A stretch of 64,000 nucleotides of DNA from Oscillospiraceae bacterium (lineage in GTDB: Bacteria > Bacteroidota > Bacteroidia > Bacteroidales > WCHB1-69): NCBI GenBank assembly GCA_963603365.1, contig CAVCMI010000003.1:64402-128401 (forward strand), read 5' to 3'. The notes below the pieces were generated by a model. That model searched no databases. It was not told the origin of the DNA and was given only the letters and a program-made list of their open reading frames with translations. This document shows, piece by piece, positions 38,674 to 48,338 of the stretch. Numbering within the stretch: position 1 is the first letter of the stretch; every line of letters begins with the position of its first letter. Both the position numbers and the translations under genes were made by a program.

Positions 38674-41600
38674 TCACGGCTCAATGCTGATGCGCAAACT
38701 GGAACTCTGTGCCCTGTACTCGGGCGAATAGAGACTTTCAACAGTGGCGATTCCGTTGCCGAAGACTCCCTTTTGGGTTGCCGTGACTTCATATTCAAGG
38801 ATGTGTGTCCCTTTGCCTAAGGTGTCAATGAAGAAGTGGGTGGCGGCATCCCGTATGACCTCAAAATAGGAGAACCCATTCTGCCATCCGTGCTTTTCAG
38901 ACGTTGAAACAGGCTCGAAAGCAGAAGCCCTCTCGTCCTTGATGTGGATGTATTCCAGGTCGCGGTCGGCTGTGATGACCATCCTGACGATTATGCGTTC
39001 GCCGAGCCGAGCCGGATTACGGCCGGTGACGGAGTCGAGCCGTATGCCATCGGCAGGTATGGCATGGAATAGAGAACGTTCGATGTGCAGACCTTCGCCG
39101 GCTTCCGTTATGTTGTCTTTGTCTTCGAGATATTGCCAATAGCAGCCGCCATAGACGGGGTGCAGCGTGTCGGTGCTGATGGTTATTGTGGCCAGATCAG
39201 GTGACATTTCGTCCGCATTCCAAACGTGTTGCAGGTATTCGGTGCCGGCTTCGGCCTGCGGGTCTGCCGCGGGCGCGAAAGTCTGCCCGCCGACGCTGAT
39301 GACTGTGGCAGATGCGGCTGTGGCTTCTGCCCGCTTGCCGGCCAGAATGGCATAGACAGCTTCGGCGGTTGACTTGGTGTTGCTCCAGCAACTGTTTTTC
39401 CGCTGCAGCAGCAGCCATTGCACCATGGCATCCAGTTCGTCCTGCCGGGGTGAAACCGTCTCAAATGCCTCGATGAGCAAGGTCTGCAACTCCACGGGCG
39501 ACTGCCCCCAGCCGTAATAGAGCGGATAAAAGTGCTGTCCGTTTTGACGGTCAATCCAATACATGCCCATGCTTTCGCTCCTCACGGCTTGCTGCCGCAA
39601 GGCTTCCATAACCTGTTCGGCTTCCTGTTTCCGCCCTGCATAGTGCAAAACAAGAGCTGTCTCGGCTTGTCGCATCCGGTCGGCTTCGTACAGATTGTCT
39701 GTAAGGTGTGCAAACAGGTTCTTGACGTATGGTTGCTGAAGCCAAAGGCTGTCTGCTTTGCCCGTGGTTTTTATATACAGGTATTGCAGGTCATTGCGGC
39801 TGAGAAGGAAAGGTTCGTTTTTGTCGGCACCGCCCTCTTTTACATACTGGCGGTACCGGTTTTCCTGTTTTTCGTCCAAATAGCGGACGGCTTTGTCGAC
39901 CATGTCATCGGCGGTCGGTATGCTGATGCCGAGGCGGTTCAGTTTGCGGCAGCCTGCCACAATGTAGTTCGTGATGCGTTCGCACCCGTCACCTTTGCCG
40001 AACCACCCCCAACTGCCGGCAGCGGTCTGGTTGCGCAGCAGCTTTTTTGACTGCTTGGCAATCTGCGTTTCAAGACCCTTTCTGTCAAAAAGGTTTGCCA
40101 ACGCGCTTTTCTGTTCCGTCTCCAGTTCTGCTTCGGTTGCCCAAGGGGTCTCTTCTAAAAGGATGCTCTTGAGCTGCCCGTTTTTAGTCAACGGCGAGCC
40201 CAAGGTGTTGTGCAGCGAGTCTGTCTGCCACTCCTTGAATGTTCTCTCGATTTCCGGATGCTGGCTGACAATGTGCAAGGCCAAGGCATCCGCAAAGAGT
40301 TTGGAGAAGATCTGTTCGTTGCAGTCATAGCGCTCTTTTGTCAGATAAGGCAGCGACTGTATGGCGATCCAGAAGGGGTTGCCGGTGAGTTCCAACGTGT
40401 AACGGTATGGTTGAGCGGTGGGCGATGTGCAGTCCTGCATTTTCCGGAAAAGGATGGTGGTGTCGCGGTTTGCGGGTATCGAAAACGGCAGTGATTCTGT
40501 CACCAGTGTGCGGCGCGACAGGACAGGCAGCACGTTTTCTTCGCCGTCGCCGTATTGTCCCGCTTGTGCCAGCACGCGGTATCCGATGAGCGGCACGTCA
40601 AGAGGCACGGCTATCTGCCAGCCTGCAACGGCATTGCCCTTTCCTGCACAACGGAAGCCTTGCAACGAGTCGTTCCCGTTGACAAGAACAGACAGCGGCT
40701 CACCCGTTGAACCGTTGAAGAAACGGATGGCGACCTTGCCGTCCAACACAGTGTCGCTGAGGTTCGTAAGCCGTATTTGGAATGTCAGGGTGTCGCCTTC
40801 ACGCAAGAAGCGGGGCGCATTGCCCTGTATCATCATGGTCTTGCGCGACTGCAAGAACGCAGTCAACGAGCCGCTTCGCATGGATGGGGTGTGCGCCAAT
40901 GCGAAGAACTGCCATTGGCTGTATTGGTCGGGAAGGGTGAAGTCAATCTTCAAAGTCCCCTCTCGGTCTGTTTTCAAGGCAGGGCAGAAGAAAGCGGTTT
41001 CGGTAAACCGGCTTCTGACTTTCATGGAGGGTGAGAATAGGATGACCTCTTTCGTGCCCGAGCCCCCTCCCGTCGAGGTCAAGTCGGTTTTGTCTGTCAG
41101 GGGGACGACAGCGGGATTATCCTCGGCATAGTCATCCTGCATCCCATTGTCTTTCAACATAATGGTCGACGATTGTCTTTTTGAATACGATGCAATGTTG
41201 TCGGTTTCGAGAAAAGATTCTTCAAAAGCAAGGCCGTCGACGATTTCTTTAGGTTCGCTGCCGAGGGCAATGTCCGGCAGGTTGCCCGTGAGGATGTCGC
41301 GGCAGCGGCGGTTCCGCAGCCATTCGATGGTTTCATACGTTTTGTTCCGGATTGTCCGGGGCTTGGTCAGCGAACTTGACGTATAGATGAGAAACGGGTC
41401 TGATATGTCTTGGAAAAAGAGAGGGTTGTTTATGAATGATTTATTGCGGTAACGGTTGCGGGAGGATACTGCGGGGGAGAGGCTGTATGCCGGTCGGTCC
41501 ATCCCTGATTCATAAAGGCTGCAGTCAATCATCCAGGCAAGCACCTCAGCCGTTTCTTGCAGCGACTTGGCGGTGTGGGGGATCTGCAGTTCCCAATGCT

Positions 41601-44600
41601 CCTTACTGCCGGGTTCAGCAATGTTGTTCCAATGCGTGAGCTCCAAGGGGAGCGTGTTTTTGACAGGGTCGGCGGCGGGGATGAGAAGATGCTCGGTGCG
41701 GTCTGTCTGATAGCAGAAGCCGTTTTGGATGACGCGTGCATTGACACTGACTGATTCTCCGCTATGCTTTCTGGTCTTTATGGAGAATGATGTCTGCGAT
41801 CGGTCCAGTTTGAAAGACCGGGTTCGCAGCAGCCGCTTGCCTTGATAGACGTTGCAGATGAGCAGGGCATTCTTGAGGTAGGTGCCCGCTACGACAGTGG
41901 CCTCTCCGCCGGCTTGCGGAACGGTTTTGAAATAGGCCCACACGGGTTCGTAACGTCGGGTGGCAGTGGTGTCTGAACGGTAAATCCTGAAAGTGGATGT
42001 ACGCTTTATGGTGTCGCCTTTTTTGTCAATGCAGGTGAAAGTGGCTCTGTAGTTGCCGAAAGGCCATTGTTTTATGGAGATGTGGAATGTAGAGTCGGGT
42101 TTGCAGACTTTTGTGCTGTCGAGCAGGATGGCAGACGTGGGCCAAGACGATTCTCGCCTTTCGTCAGGGTCGAGTCCGAATTGCGGAAAATAGCGGCGGC
42201 AGGCGGCGGTGTCGTAAAGGGGCTGGCCGGGCTCTCCGGTTGCAGAAAAGAGATATTCGCGGTAAAGTCGCGGCGTTTCAAGATGCTCCACGCAGACGCG
42301 CACGGCAACGGGTTGCAAAACCTCGTCATAGTTGACAGGGGAAACGGTCCACTTCAAGGTGTCTTCGCTTGATTGGTCAATGTCGTCGACACCCATGACA
42401 ACCAAACGGAGCGGATGAACCGGAATCCGGAACTCATGGGCGGCGGCGTGGGTCTCGCCGTTCAGGTCTGTGGCGGCGGCGCTGACTTCAACGTAGTATC
42501 CTTTGTCGCTTTTGGGCGTTGCATAACGGTACAGGAATTTTCCCTCCTGATCGCAGACAACATCCGCTTTCAGACTCTTTGCCGTTTCGTTGAAAGGCTC
42601 ATCCGCAAAGGGTAGTCCGAAAGCGGACATCTGCAACGAGACGGCAGCGCCCGCCACAGACACACCATTCAGGGCAATGACTTTCCCGCCGACGGTCAGC
42701 GTGTCGCCCGCCATGATTTCGTTGGTGTCAATGTCGAGCGAAATGCTGAATGCCGGGAGTTTGTATTCCGCCACGTCAATGCTTTTCCGGGCATAGTACG
42801 ATGCTTTTTTCCCGTCTATGCGGACAGAAATGGAATGGCGTCCGATTGAGGAAAGCGGGATTCTGAACTCGCCGGCTGTGCTGCCGTAATCCGAGGAGGT
42901 GAAATGCAAGGAGTCGATGAGTTTCCCGCTTTTGTCGTTCAGCGTAACGGTGACGGGCTGTCCGGAAAAGGTTTTCCCGCCATGTTCGGCGATGCTCTTG
43001 AAGTAGACGGTCTGTCCTGGACGGTATAGCGTGCGGTCGGTGAAAAGGGAAATGCGTCCGGATGCCGGTTGTCGTCGGTTTACGGCAAGGCTTCTTTTTC
43101 GACGCCGGTAGTTCCATACAAGGAACTGGGTAGAATAAAGGTCGTTATGGTCACGGAAGCGGATGTCGTACAGATCCCGGTATGGATGCCTATTCTGCAA
43201 AAGGGCGGGTACGTTGACTTCGCCGTTCTTGTTTGTAAGCAGAACGGCGGGGATTCTGCCTCCTATGTGAGTGCGGCGGTATGCGAAAGGCTCGCCCGAA
43301 GTGCGGCGGTTGACAGCCAGCCGTGCCTTCCCCTCGACAGACCATCCCGTGAGTTTGATGTCGGTGACGTGGATGGCAGTTGTCAGCAGCGTTGATGCCG
43401 TGTCCCAAGTGGCGGCACGATGGAAGATGAGGGTATAGCAGCCTGTCGGCAGCGAGTCGAGCCACAGTTCTGTGGTGTAGGCATTGTATGGTACGGGATT
43501 CTTCAGTACGAACCGTTCCCGCAGGATGCAATTGCTGAGTTGTGACACATCCGCAGAGTCAAGCACGGTGCGGTCAAGGTCGGGGTTGTAGTGATAGGGG
43601 ACGGTCTTGACATGGTCTGTTTTGTAAACGCTGACGTAGAGCGTGTCAATGTTGCGGTAACGGATGGCGAGGCGTTGCTTCGGCGCAGGTGTGCGGTCCT
43701 GGTCTCTGCTGTTAAGGTACAGTTCCGGCAGCAGAATATGCTCTTTGCAGAACAGCGCATTTTGCACGAAGAAGGGATTCTCGTCTTTTGCGATCAGTTT
43801 GTCGAAATAATACAGCGCTATGGCAAAACAGTCGTTGATGCTGTCGTTTCTGCTGCCTGTCTCAAACAGGCAGATGGCGCGCGCATAGTCAAAGGCATCG
43901 TCGAAACCGTACTTTTGCTCCAAGTATCCCACTTCTTTGAGATACCGGCTGCAATATTCGGTTTTTGACAGGCACGAGTTGCGGAGGCGCAGGTCAAGGC
44001 GCAGCAATTCGTAGTCGATGGCGGCGTCGCGGTCTTCCGGCAAGGTATGGATGCCTATTGCTCTGTCGATGAGGGTGAATGCTTCGGCGGTGTCGTCCGT
44101 GTGGACAAGGCGGTCTTGCACGACGATGTCGAAAAGGGTAGGGCGAAGATTACGGAAGGCCGCATCGCCGCCAAGCATGAAGGAGAAGTCGGCGGCGGGG
44201 ATGGCGACGAGTTGCTGCAGCATGGCAAAGCAGGTGTCGAAGTGTTGCCGCGACAGGGTCTTCAGGTCTTCGTTGCTCCATTCGTCAAATCTTTGCAGGT
44301 CGTGCTTTTGCGCTATTGGCGTAGAAAAGGCATTTGAGGCCATGCAGTTCTCGAGGGTGGTGCCGGCGAGGTAATGATACAGGCAGATGTATGGGGCCGT
44401 GTGGGGCAACGCTGTGACGGAGTCAAGATAGAATATGGCAGTCTTGTCGCTCCATGATGGATCGTAGCGGCGGTTCAGCTCCACACGTTCATAGTCGGTG
44501 CGGAACTGCTGAAACTCGTTCTGCTCGAGCATTGCTTTCCGGCCGATGGTGTCCAGCAGCCGGTTGCAGTCGAGGACAAAGGCCCGGTTGGTGTTCCGGT

Positions 44601-44721
44601 ACCGGCTCCAAAGCGAGTCGTAAGCGTAAGTGTCTGTTTGGTTGCTCTGCCCAGACGCGCAAGTGATAATGATCCACAAAACGAAAGTGCAACAAAGAGC
44701 GAGTGAGATATTGTTTTTCAT
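38674..44721 (-). CDS. alpha-2-macroglobulin family lipoprotein (2015 aa)
   Basis: Lipoprotein signal (..WIIITCASG). Long array of MG-type beta domains. Thioester-type motif CNEQ (RYDCNEQIF, nt 40312-40323). C-terminal receptor-binding-like domain. Confidence 0.85.
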   Translation of the reverse strand: MKNNISLALCCTFVLWIIITCASGQSNQTDTYAYDSLWSRYRNTNRAFVLDCNRLLDTIGRKAMLEQNEFQQFRTDYERVELNRRYDPSWSDKTAIFYLDSVTALPHTAPYICLYHYLAGTTLENCMASNAFSTPIAQKHDLQRFDEWSNEDLKTLSRQHFDTCFAMLQQLVAIPAADFSFMLGGDAAFRNLRPTLFDIVVQDRLVHTDDTAEAFTLIDRAIGIHTLPEDRDAAIDYELLRLDLRLRNSCLSKTEYCSRYLKEVGYLEQKYGFDDAFDYARAICLFETGSRNDSINDCFAIALYYFDKLIAKDENPFFVQNALFCKEHILLPELYLNSRDQDRTPAPKQRLAIRYRNIDTLYVSVYKTDHVKTVPYHYNPDLDRTVLDSADVSQLSNCILRERFVLKNPVPYNAYTTELWLDSLPTGCYTLIFHRAATWDTASTLLTTAIHVTDIKLTGWSVEGKARLAVNRRTSGEPFAYRRTHIGGRIPAVLLTNKNGEVNVPALLQNRHPYRDLYDIRFRDHNDLYSTQFLVWNYRRRKRSLAVNRRQPASGRISLFTDRTLYRPGQTVYFKSIAEHGGKTFSGQPVTVTLNDKSGKLIDSLHFTSSDYGSTAGEFRIPLSSIGRHSISVRIDGKKASYYARKSIDVAEYKLPAFSISLDIDTNEIMAGDTLTVGGKVIALNGVSVAGAAVSLQMSAFGLPFADEPFNETAKSLKADVVCDQEGKFLYRYATPKSDKGYYVEVSAAATDLNGETHAAAHEFRIPVHPLRLVVMGVDDIDQSSEDTLKWTVSPVNYDEVLQPVAVRVCVEHLETPRLYREYLFSATGEPGQPLYDTAACRRYFPQFGLDPDERRESSWPTSAILLDSTKVCKPDSTFHISIKQWPFGNYRATFTCIDKKGDTIKRTSTFRIYRSDTTATRRYEPVWAYFKTVPQAGGEATVVAGTYLKNALLICNVYQGKRLLRTRSFKLDRSQTSFSIKTRKHSGESVSVNARVIQNGFCYQTDRTEHLLIPAADPVKNTLPLELTHWNNIAEPGSKEHWELQIPHTAKSLQETAEVLAWMIDCSLYESGMDRPAYSLSPAVSSRNRYRNKSFINNPLFFQDISDPFLIYTSSSLTKPRTIRNKTYETIEWLRNRRCRDILTGNLPDIALGSEPKEIVDGLAFEESFLETDNIASYSKRQSSTIMLKDNGMQDDYAEDNPAVVPLTDKTDLTSTGGGSGTKEVILFSPSMKVRSRFTETAFFCPALKTDREGTLKIDFTLPDQYSQWQFFALAHTPSMRSGSLTAFLQSRKTMMIQGNAPRFLREGDTLTFQIRLTNLSDTVLDGKVAIRFFNGSTGEPLSVLVNGNDSLQGFRCAGKGNAVAGWQIAVPLDVPLIGYRVLAQAGQYGDGEENVLPVLSRRTLVTESLPFSIPANRDTTILFRKMQDCTSPTAQPYRYTLELTGNPFWIAIQSLPYLTKERYDCNEQIFSKLFADALALHIVSQHPEIERTFKEWQTDSLHNTLGSPLTKNGQLKSILLEETPWATEAELETEQKSALANLFDRKGLETQIAKQSKKLLRNQTAAGSWGWFGKGDGCERITNYIVAGCRKLNRLGISIPTADDMVDKAVRYLDEKQENRYRQYVKEGGADKNEPFLLSRNDLQYLYIKTTGKADSLWLQQPYVKNLFAHLTDNLYEADRMRQAETALVLHYAGRKQEAEQVMEALRQQAVRSESMGMYWIDRQNGQHFYPLYYGWGQSPVELQTLLIEAFETVSPRQDELDAMVQWLLLQRKNSCWSNTKSTAEAVYAILAGKRAEATAASATVISVGGQTFAPAADPQAEAGTEYLQHVWNADEMSPDLATITISTDTLHPVYGGCYWQYLEDKDNITEAGEGLHIERSLFHAIPADGIRLDSVTGRNPARLGERIIVRMVITADRDLEYIHIKDERASAFEPVSTSEKHGWQNGFSYFEVIRDAATHFFIDTLGKGTHILEYEVTATQKGVFGNGIATVESLYSPEYRAQSSSLRISIEP

Positions 44722-44905
44722 TTGCCTGATTTGAATAGTTTTTATGACATGCCAGATGATAACGGAGAGAGTTGCGAAATAGTATGATTCAGGAAGAAAA
44801 GCATTCCATAGAACATGAGCAGGGCTTTATTGTGTTCGATAGAATTAACAGTGCGGAGCTCATTGTCGATTGGACGATTTGTTGTTGACGGCGACATAAA
44901 AACAC

Positions 44906-44913
44906 TATATTTG
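44906..44913 (+). promoter_or_regulatory. -7 box TATATTTG for the LRR gene
   Basis: Lies 50-90 nt upstream of the candidate ATGs at 44964, 44991 and 45003. Confidence 0.45.
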
Positions 44914-44963
44914 CCGCGCCGATTCATTCTGGCATTGGCTTAACCCACAAGCGGCCGGGGAAT

Positions 44964-45635
44964 TTGTCGGCACGGAAACTGGAAAATGATATGCTTACCG
45001 CTATGAAACCTGCGCATTTTTTTGCTATGTTCTTGCTGTCCGGCTGTCTGGGCACGGCAATGGCGCAGCGCACGCCGCAGGTGCTGTACGGTCTGCACGA
45101 CAACGGGAAAACCTACACTTCTCTTGAGGAGGCTCTTTCTGAACCGCAAAAAGTCTATCGCCTCAAACTGACAAAATTGCCCGAAAGAGACTCTCTGCCT
45201 GAAACAATGTTTCAACTTGCCGAACTCCGCGAGCTTACCGTCAAGGGCTGCCGGCTCTGCGTCCTCAACCGCAACATATACAAACTTTCACGGCTTGAGA
45301 TCCTGAATCTCGACAAGAACAAACTGCTCCGTCTTCCCGCAAGCCTCGGCCGCCTCAGACATCTCCGCAACCTTGTTGTGAGCCGCAACCTGATCGAAAC
45401 ATTTCCTGATTCTATTGCGTCAATGGAATGCCTTGAACATATAGATGCCTGGGGAAATCCGCTCTATGTGCTTCCTGAAAGCATCGCAGCGTTGAAACAT
45501 ACCCTCAAGGTTCTTGATTTAAGGCAGATACCTTTAACCAAAAGTGAATATGAGGCTATGGAAATACTGTTGCCCTATACTGACATCCTTTTTACGGACA
45601 TCTGCGAGTGCGAAAACCGGCGCGACCATGATTGA
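44964..45635 (+). CDS. secreted leucine-rich-repeat protein
   Basis: Signal peptide MKPAHFFAMFLLSGCLGTAMAQ; the true start may be 44991 or 45003. About six LxxLxLxxNxL repeats (LEILNLDKNKLLRLP, LRNLVVSRNLIETFP ...). Confidence 0.75.
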   Translation: MSARKLENDMLTAMKPAHFFAMFLLSGCLGTAMAQRTPQVLYGLHDNGKTYTSLEEALSEPQKVYRLKLTKLPERDSLPETMFQLAELRELTVKGCRLCVLNRNIYKLSRLEILNLDKNKLLRLPASLGRLRHLRNLVVSRNLIETFPDSIASMECLEHIDAWGNPLYVLPESIAALKHTLKVLDLRQIPLTKSEYEAMEILLPYTDILFTDICECENRRDHD

Positions 45636-45640
45636 AAAGG

Positions 45641-46687
45641 CTATTCCTTTGGCATCGCGGTGTCAAAGAGCATTTTGACCATTTTGGCTTCTGCCCCCTC
45701 TGCGCGAACTTCCTCATCAGGTGCGGGCACGATCTTTACAATGATGGCATCGCTGTCTTCCTCTTCTTGGGAGACCGTGTATCCCGCAATGGCATCTATG
45801 GCGACAATCATGTCCGGTGTAACTTTGACAAATGCAGTGAAGTCAATCCATTGCGACACGGCATCAATTGTCTCGTCCACCGTGATGCGCTTCCCGCTTT
45901 TGAGTACGGCATCCGTCTTGTCGCCCGTGCTCTGGAAATAGGCTATCAGGTTCTGGTTCAGTTTCTGCCCGTGCCCTTTAATATAAAGGTACAGGTAAGT
46001 GGCTACGGTGCGCTGGTCGCGGTATTCCAACGTGGTGCGTATCTTGCCGGCGGCATCATAACTGTTCCACTCGCCGTCGCGGAACCCGTTGCGGTAGTTG
46101 CCCGACGAGGAGACATGTCTGTTGGGGTAATAGGCGGTGCAGAGTCCGTTCCGTTTCCCGTTGAGGTAGTTCTCTTCAAGGTTTACGGCACCGTTCACAT
46201 AATAGGATGTGTGATTCCCGTTGAGTTTCCCCCGGGTATAGTTCCGCTCATCCAGAAGCAGGCCGCTGCTTGGCGAGTAAGTCCGCCATTGCCCCGACCG
46301 CTCCCCCTTGTCGTACTGTTCCGTGGCTATCAGTGTGTCTTTGTCGGAATAGTAATGCCAAATGCCCTCCTTTTGCTGGTCGATGAACACCCCCTCCGAC
46401 GCCTTGTGCCCGTTTTCGTGGTAGATGGTGGCTTTTACCCGGTGTACGCCTTGCTGGAAGTCGGATACGCTCTTCAGTTTCCCGTTCTCGTGATAATACC
46501 GGAATGTCCCATAGGGAATGTTGTCCTTGAACTGGCCTTCGTATACAAGTTTCCCCTTCTCGTATTTTTTCCAGACACCCTGCTTGCGCCCTGAGGCATC
46601 TGTCCGGTTTGTGTCGGCACCGTTGTTTTGGGGAAATGCGTTGAGGGATAAAAGGCAAATCAGAAAAAGTAGGATTCTTTTCATCAA
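45641..46687 (-). CDS. secreted MORN-variant (YwqK-like) repeat protein with a distinct C-terminal module
   Basis: Signal peptide MMKRILLFLICLLSLNAF. About eight repeats of G.W..Y..NG.l..e..Y..G...G. The last ~100 aa are non-repeat. Confidence 0.75.
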   Translation of the reverse strand: MMKRILLFLICLLSLNAFPQNNGADTNRTDASGRKQGVWKKYEKGKLVYEGQFKDNIPYGTFRYYHENGKLKSVSDFQQGVHRVKATIYHENGHKASEGVFIDQQKEGIWHYYSDKDTLIATEQYDKGERSGQWRTYSPSSGLLLDERNYTRGKLNGNHTSYYVNGAVNLEENYLNGKRNGLCTAYYPNRHVSSSGNYRNGFRDGEWNSYDAAGKIRTTLEYRDQRTVATYLYLYIKGHGQKLNQNLIAYFQSTGDKTDAVLKSGKRITVDETIDAVSQWIDFTAFVKVTPDMIVAIDAIAGYTVSQEEEDSDAIIVKIVPAPDEEVRAEGAEAKMVKMLFDTAMPKE

Positions 46688-46833
46688 AAACGTTTTTTTC
46701 AGTTTTAAAACAGTGTTAACGGCATCAAGCGTAAAAAATTGCAGAGAGGCAATGCAAAATAGTTTCTGCGCAAGATGTTTTTGTCCACTATGAGGACGGC
46801 TTCCCTGAAAAGCTGCGGTGTTGTGGAAAGTTG

Positions 46834-46841
46834 TACTTTTG
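46834..46841 (+). promoter_or_regulatory. -7 box TACTTTTG for the acyl-ACP thioesterase gene
   Basis: About 70 nt upstream of ATG 46910. Confidence 0.45.
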
Positions 46842-46909
46842 CGCGCCGCCGAACGAGAAGATGAACGGATATTGCAGGCGGTGTTTAATTATTTGCAAAA
46901 CAATGTTTT

Positions 46910-47659
46910 ATGATAGAATATGAGAATGTCTATTCTGAAGAGCATGTCATCTCTTCTTTTATAGTGGACGGCAAGCGTCTTCTCCGTCCGACGGCGTTGT
47001 TCGGGCTGATGCAGGAGGTGGCAGACAACCATGTGGAGGGCATCGACTGCGGATGGAATTTCCTCCACACGATGAACCGCTTCTGGGCGCTTTCCCGTAT
47101 GGATGTCGAGATCATCCGACGCCCGGCCTGGAAAGAGCATGTCCTGATCAGCACTTGGGGGAAGAAGCACAACTACCTGATACAACCTCGAGACTATCTG
47201 GTGGAAACGCCGGATGGTGAAACGCTGGTGCGTGCCACGTCCAATTGGGTGGTGTTGGATACGGAAGGAAAGCCTTGTCTGGTGTCTGAAATTGACGGCC
47301 GCCTGCACCTGCAGCCAGACCTGCATGCGCTGGAAAAGCCGGCTGCCCGTTTGCGCAAAGTCGTTGAGGAAGATCCGGAAATGTTTCGCCCCGTGGTCTA
47401 TTCCGACATTGACATGAATCACCATGTCAACAATGCCTCATACGTGACCTGGGCAATGGACTGCTTCCCGTACGACTTTCACCGGAATCATGAACTGACG
47501 CACATCTCGCTCAATTATCTGAAACAGACGCGGTCGGACGACTGCTATGCCGTGCTTAAGAAAGAGACGGGTCCGGGCGTGTTTTCCTTGTCCGCCTTTT
47601 CAGAACGGGAGGGTGAGGAGACATGCCGGATGGAGACGCGTTGGAAAGAGCAGCAATAG
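46910..47659 (+). CDS. acyl-ACP thioesterase (FatA/FatB-like double hot-dog)
   Basis: 249 aa. The N-terminal hot-dog has ..RPTALFGLMQEVADNH... The second hot-dog has the catalytic DIDMNHHVNNASY motif. Confidence 0.8.
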   Translation: MIEYENVYSEEHVISSFIVDGKRLLRPTALFGLMQEVADNHVEGIDCGWNFLHTMNRFWALSRMDVEIIRRPAWKEHVLISTWGKKHNYLIQPRDYLVETPDGETLVRATSNWVVLDTEGKPCLVSEIDGRLHLQPDLHALEKPAARLRKVVEEDPEMFRPVVYSDIDMNHHVNNASYVTWAMDCFPYDFHRNHELTHISLNYLKQTRSDDCYAVLKKETGPGVFSLSAFSEREGEETCRMETRWKEQQ

Positions 47660-47710
47660 TCTGGTAACAACGTTACACCTATAGAGGGAAGCAAGGGCGC
47701 AAGAAACAAG

Positions 47711-47745
47711 ACGAGGGGTTTGCCTTTGACAGGCAAACCCCTCGT
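47711..47745. terminator. 14-bp stem hairpin between the convergent thioesterase gene and the oxidoreductase operon
   Basis: acgaggggtttgcc-tttgaca-ggcaaacccctcgt. A T-rich tail is present on the minus strand only. Confidence 0.7.
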
Positions 47746-47762
47746 AAAACAGTCGGAATAGA

Positions 47763-48314
47763 CTAAAGGGTATGGTAAGGTTTGAGAAGACCTTTCCCGA
47801 TTTCCACAGCCTCTTCGTTTTTGGGGATGAGGTGGTGGTGGCGTTCGGGAAGCGATTTTTCCAGACCTTTGTGCAGCATTTCAGGGGTGACCAGCGGCTT
47901 GACGGCAAGGAAACCGCCGAGGACAATCATGTTGAACAGTTTGGCGATGCCCAGTTCGCTGGCCTTGTCGGCAGCGGCGACCTGATAGATGTTGATATCC
48001 TTGCGGGTCGGGTGATGGGAGATGCCGTTCGGGTCGTAGATGAGGAGACCGCCAGGCTTGACGGCCGACTCGAACTTGTCCATAGACTGTTGGTTGAGGA
48101 TGATGGCCGTGTCGAACTGGTTGAGGTAAGGAGAACAGATACGTTCATCGCTCAGAATGACCGTGACATTAGACGTGCCACCGCGCATTTCAGGACCGTA
48201 AGAAGGAAGCCAGGACACCTCCTTGTTTTGCATAATGCCGGCGTATGCCAGAATCTTTCCCATAGAAAGCACACCTTGACCGCCGAAGCCTGCTATAATT
48301 ATTTCTTCTGTCAT
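47763..48314 (-). CDS. 2-oxoacid:ferredoxin oxidoreductase gamma subunit
   Basis: IIIAGFGGQGVLSMGKILA.. is a typical gamma-subunit N-terminus. 183 aa. Last gene of the four-gene operon. Confidence 0.85.
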   Translation of the reverse strand: MTEEIIIAGFGGQGVLSMGKILAYAGIMQNKEVSWLPSYGPEMRGGTSNVTVILSDERICSPYLNQFDTAIILNQQSMDKFESAVKPGGLLIYDPNGISHHPTRKDINIYQVAAADKASELGIAKLFNMIVLGGFLAVKPLVTPEMLHKGLEKSLPERHHHLIPKNEEAVEIGKGLLKPYHTL

Positions 48315-48338
48315 TTCTTTGTGAATTTAAAATCGTTA

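Noticed and set aside
44742-44927. A 61-aa ORF in the spacer between the A2M and LRR genes, and similar spacer ORFs at 50664-50945, 18670-18867, 35261-35446, 46518-46793 and 53140-53475.
   Set aside because: They span promoter boxes and terminators of the flanking genes. They have no promoter of their own that I can see and no recognisable motifs, and their composition is that of AT-rich intergenic DNA.
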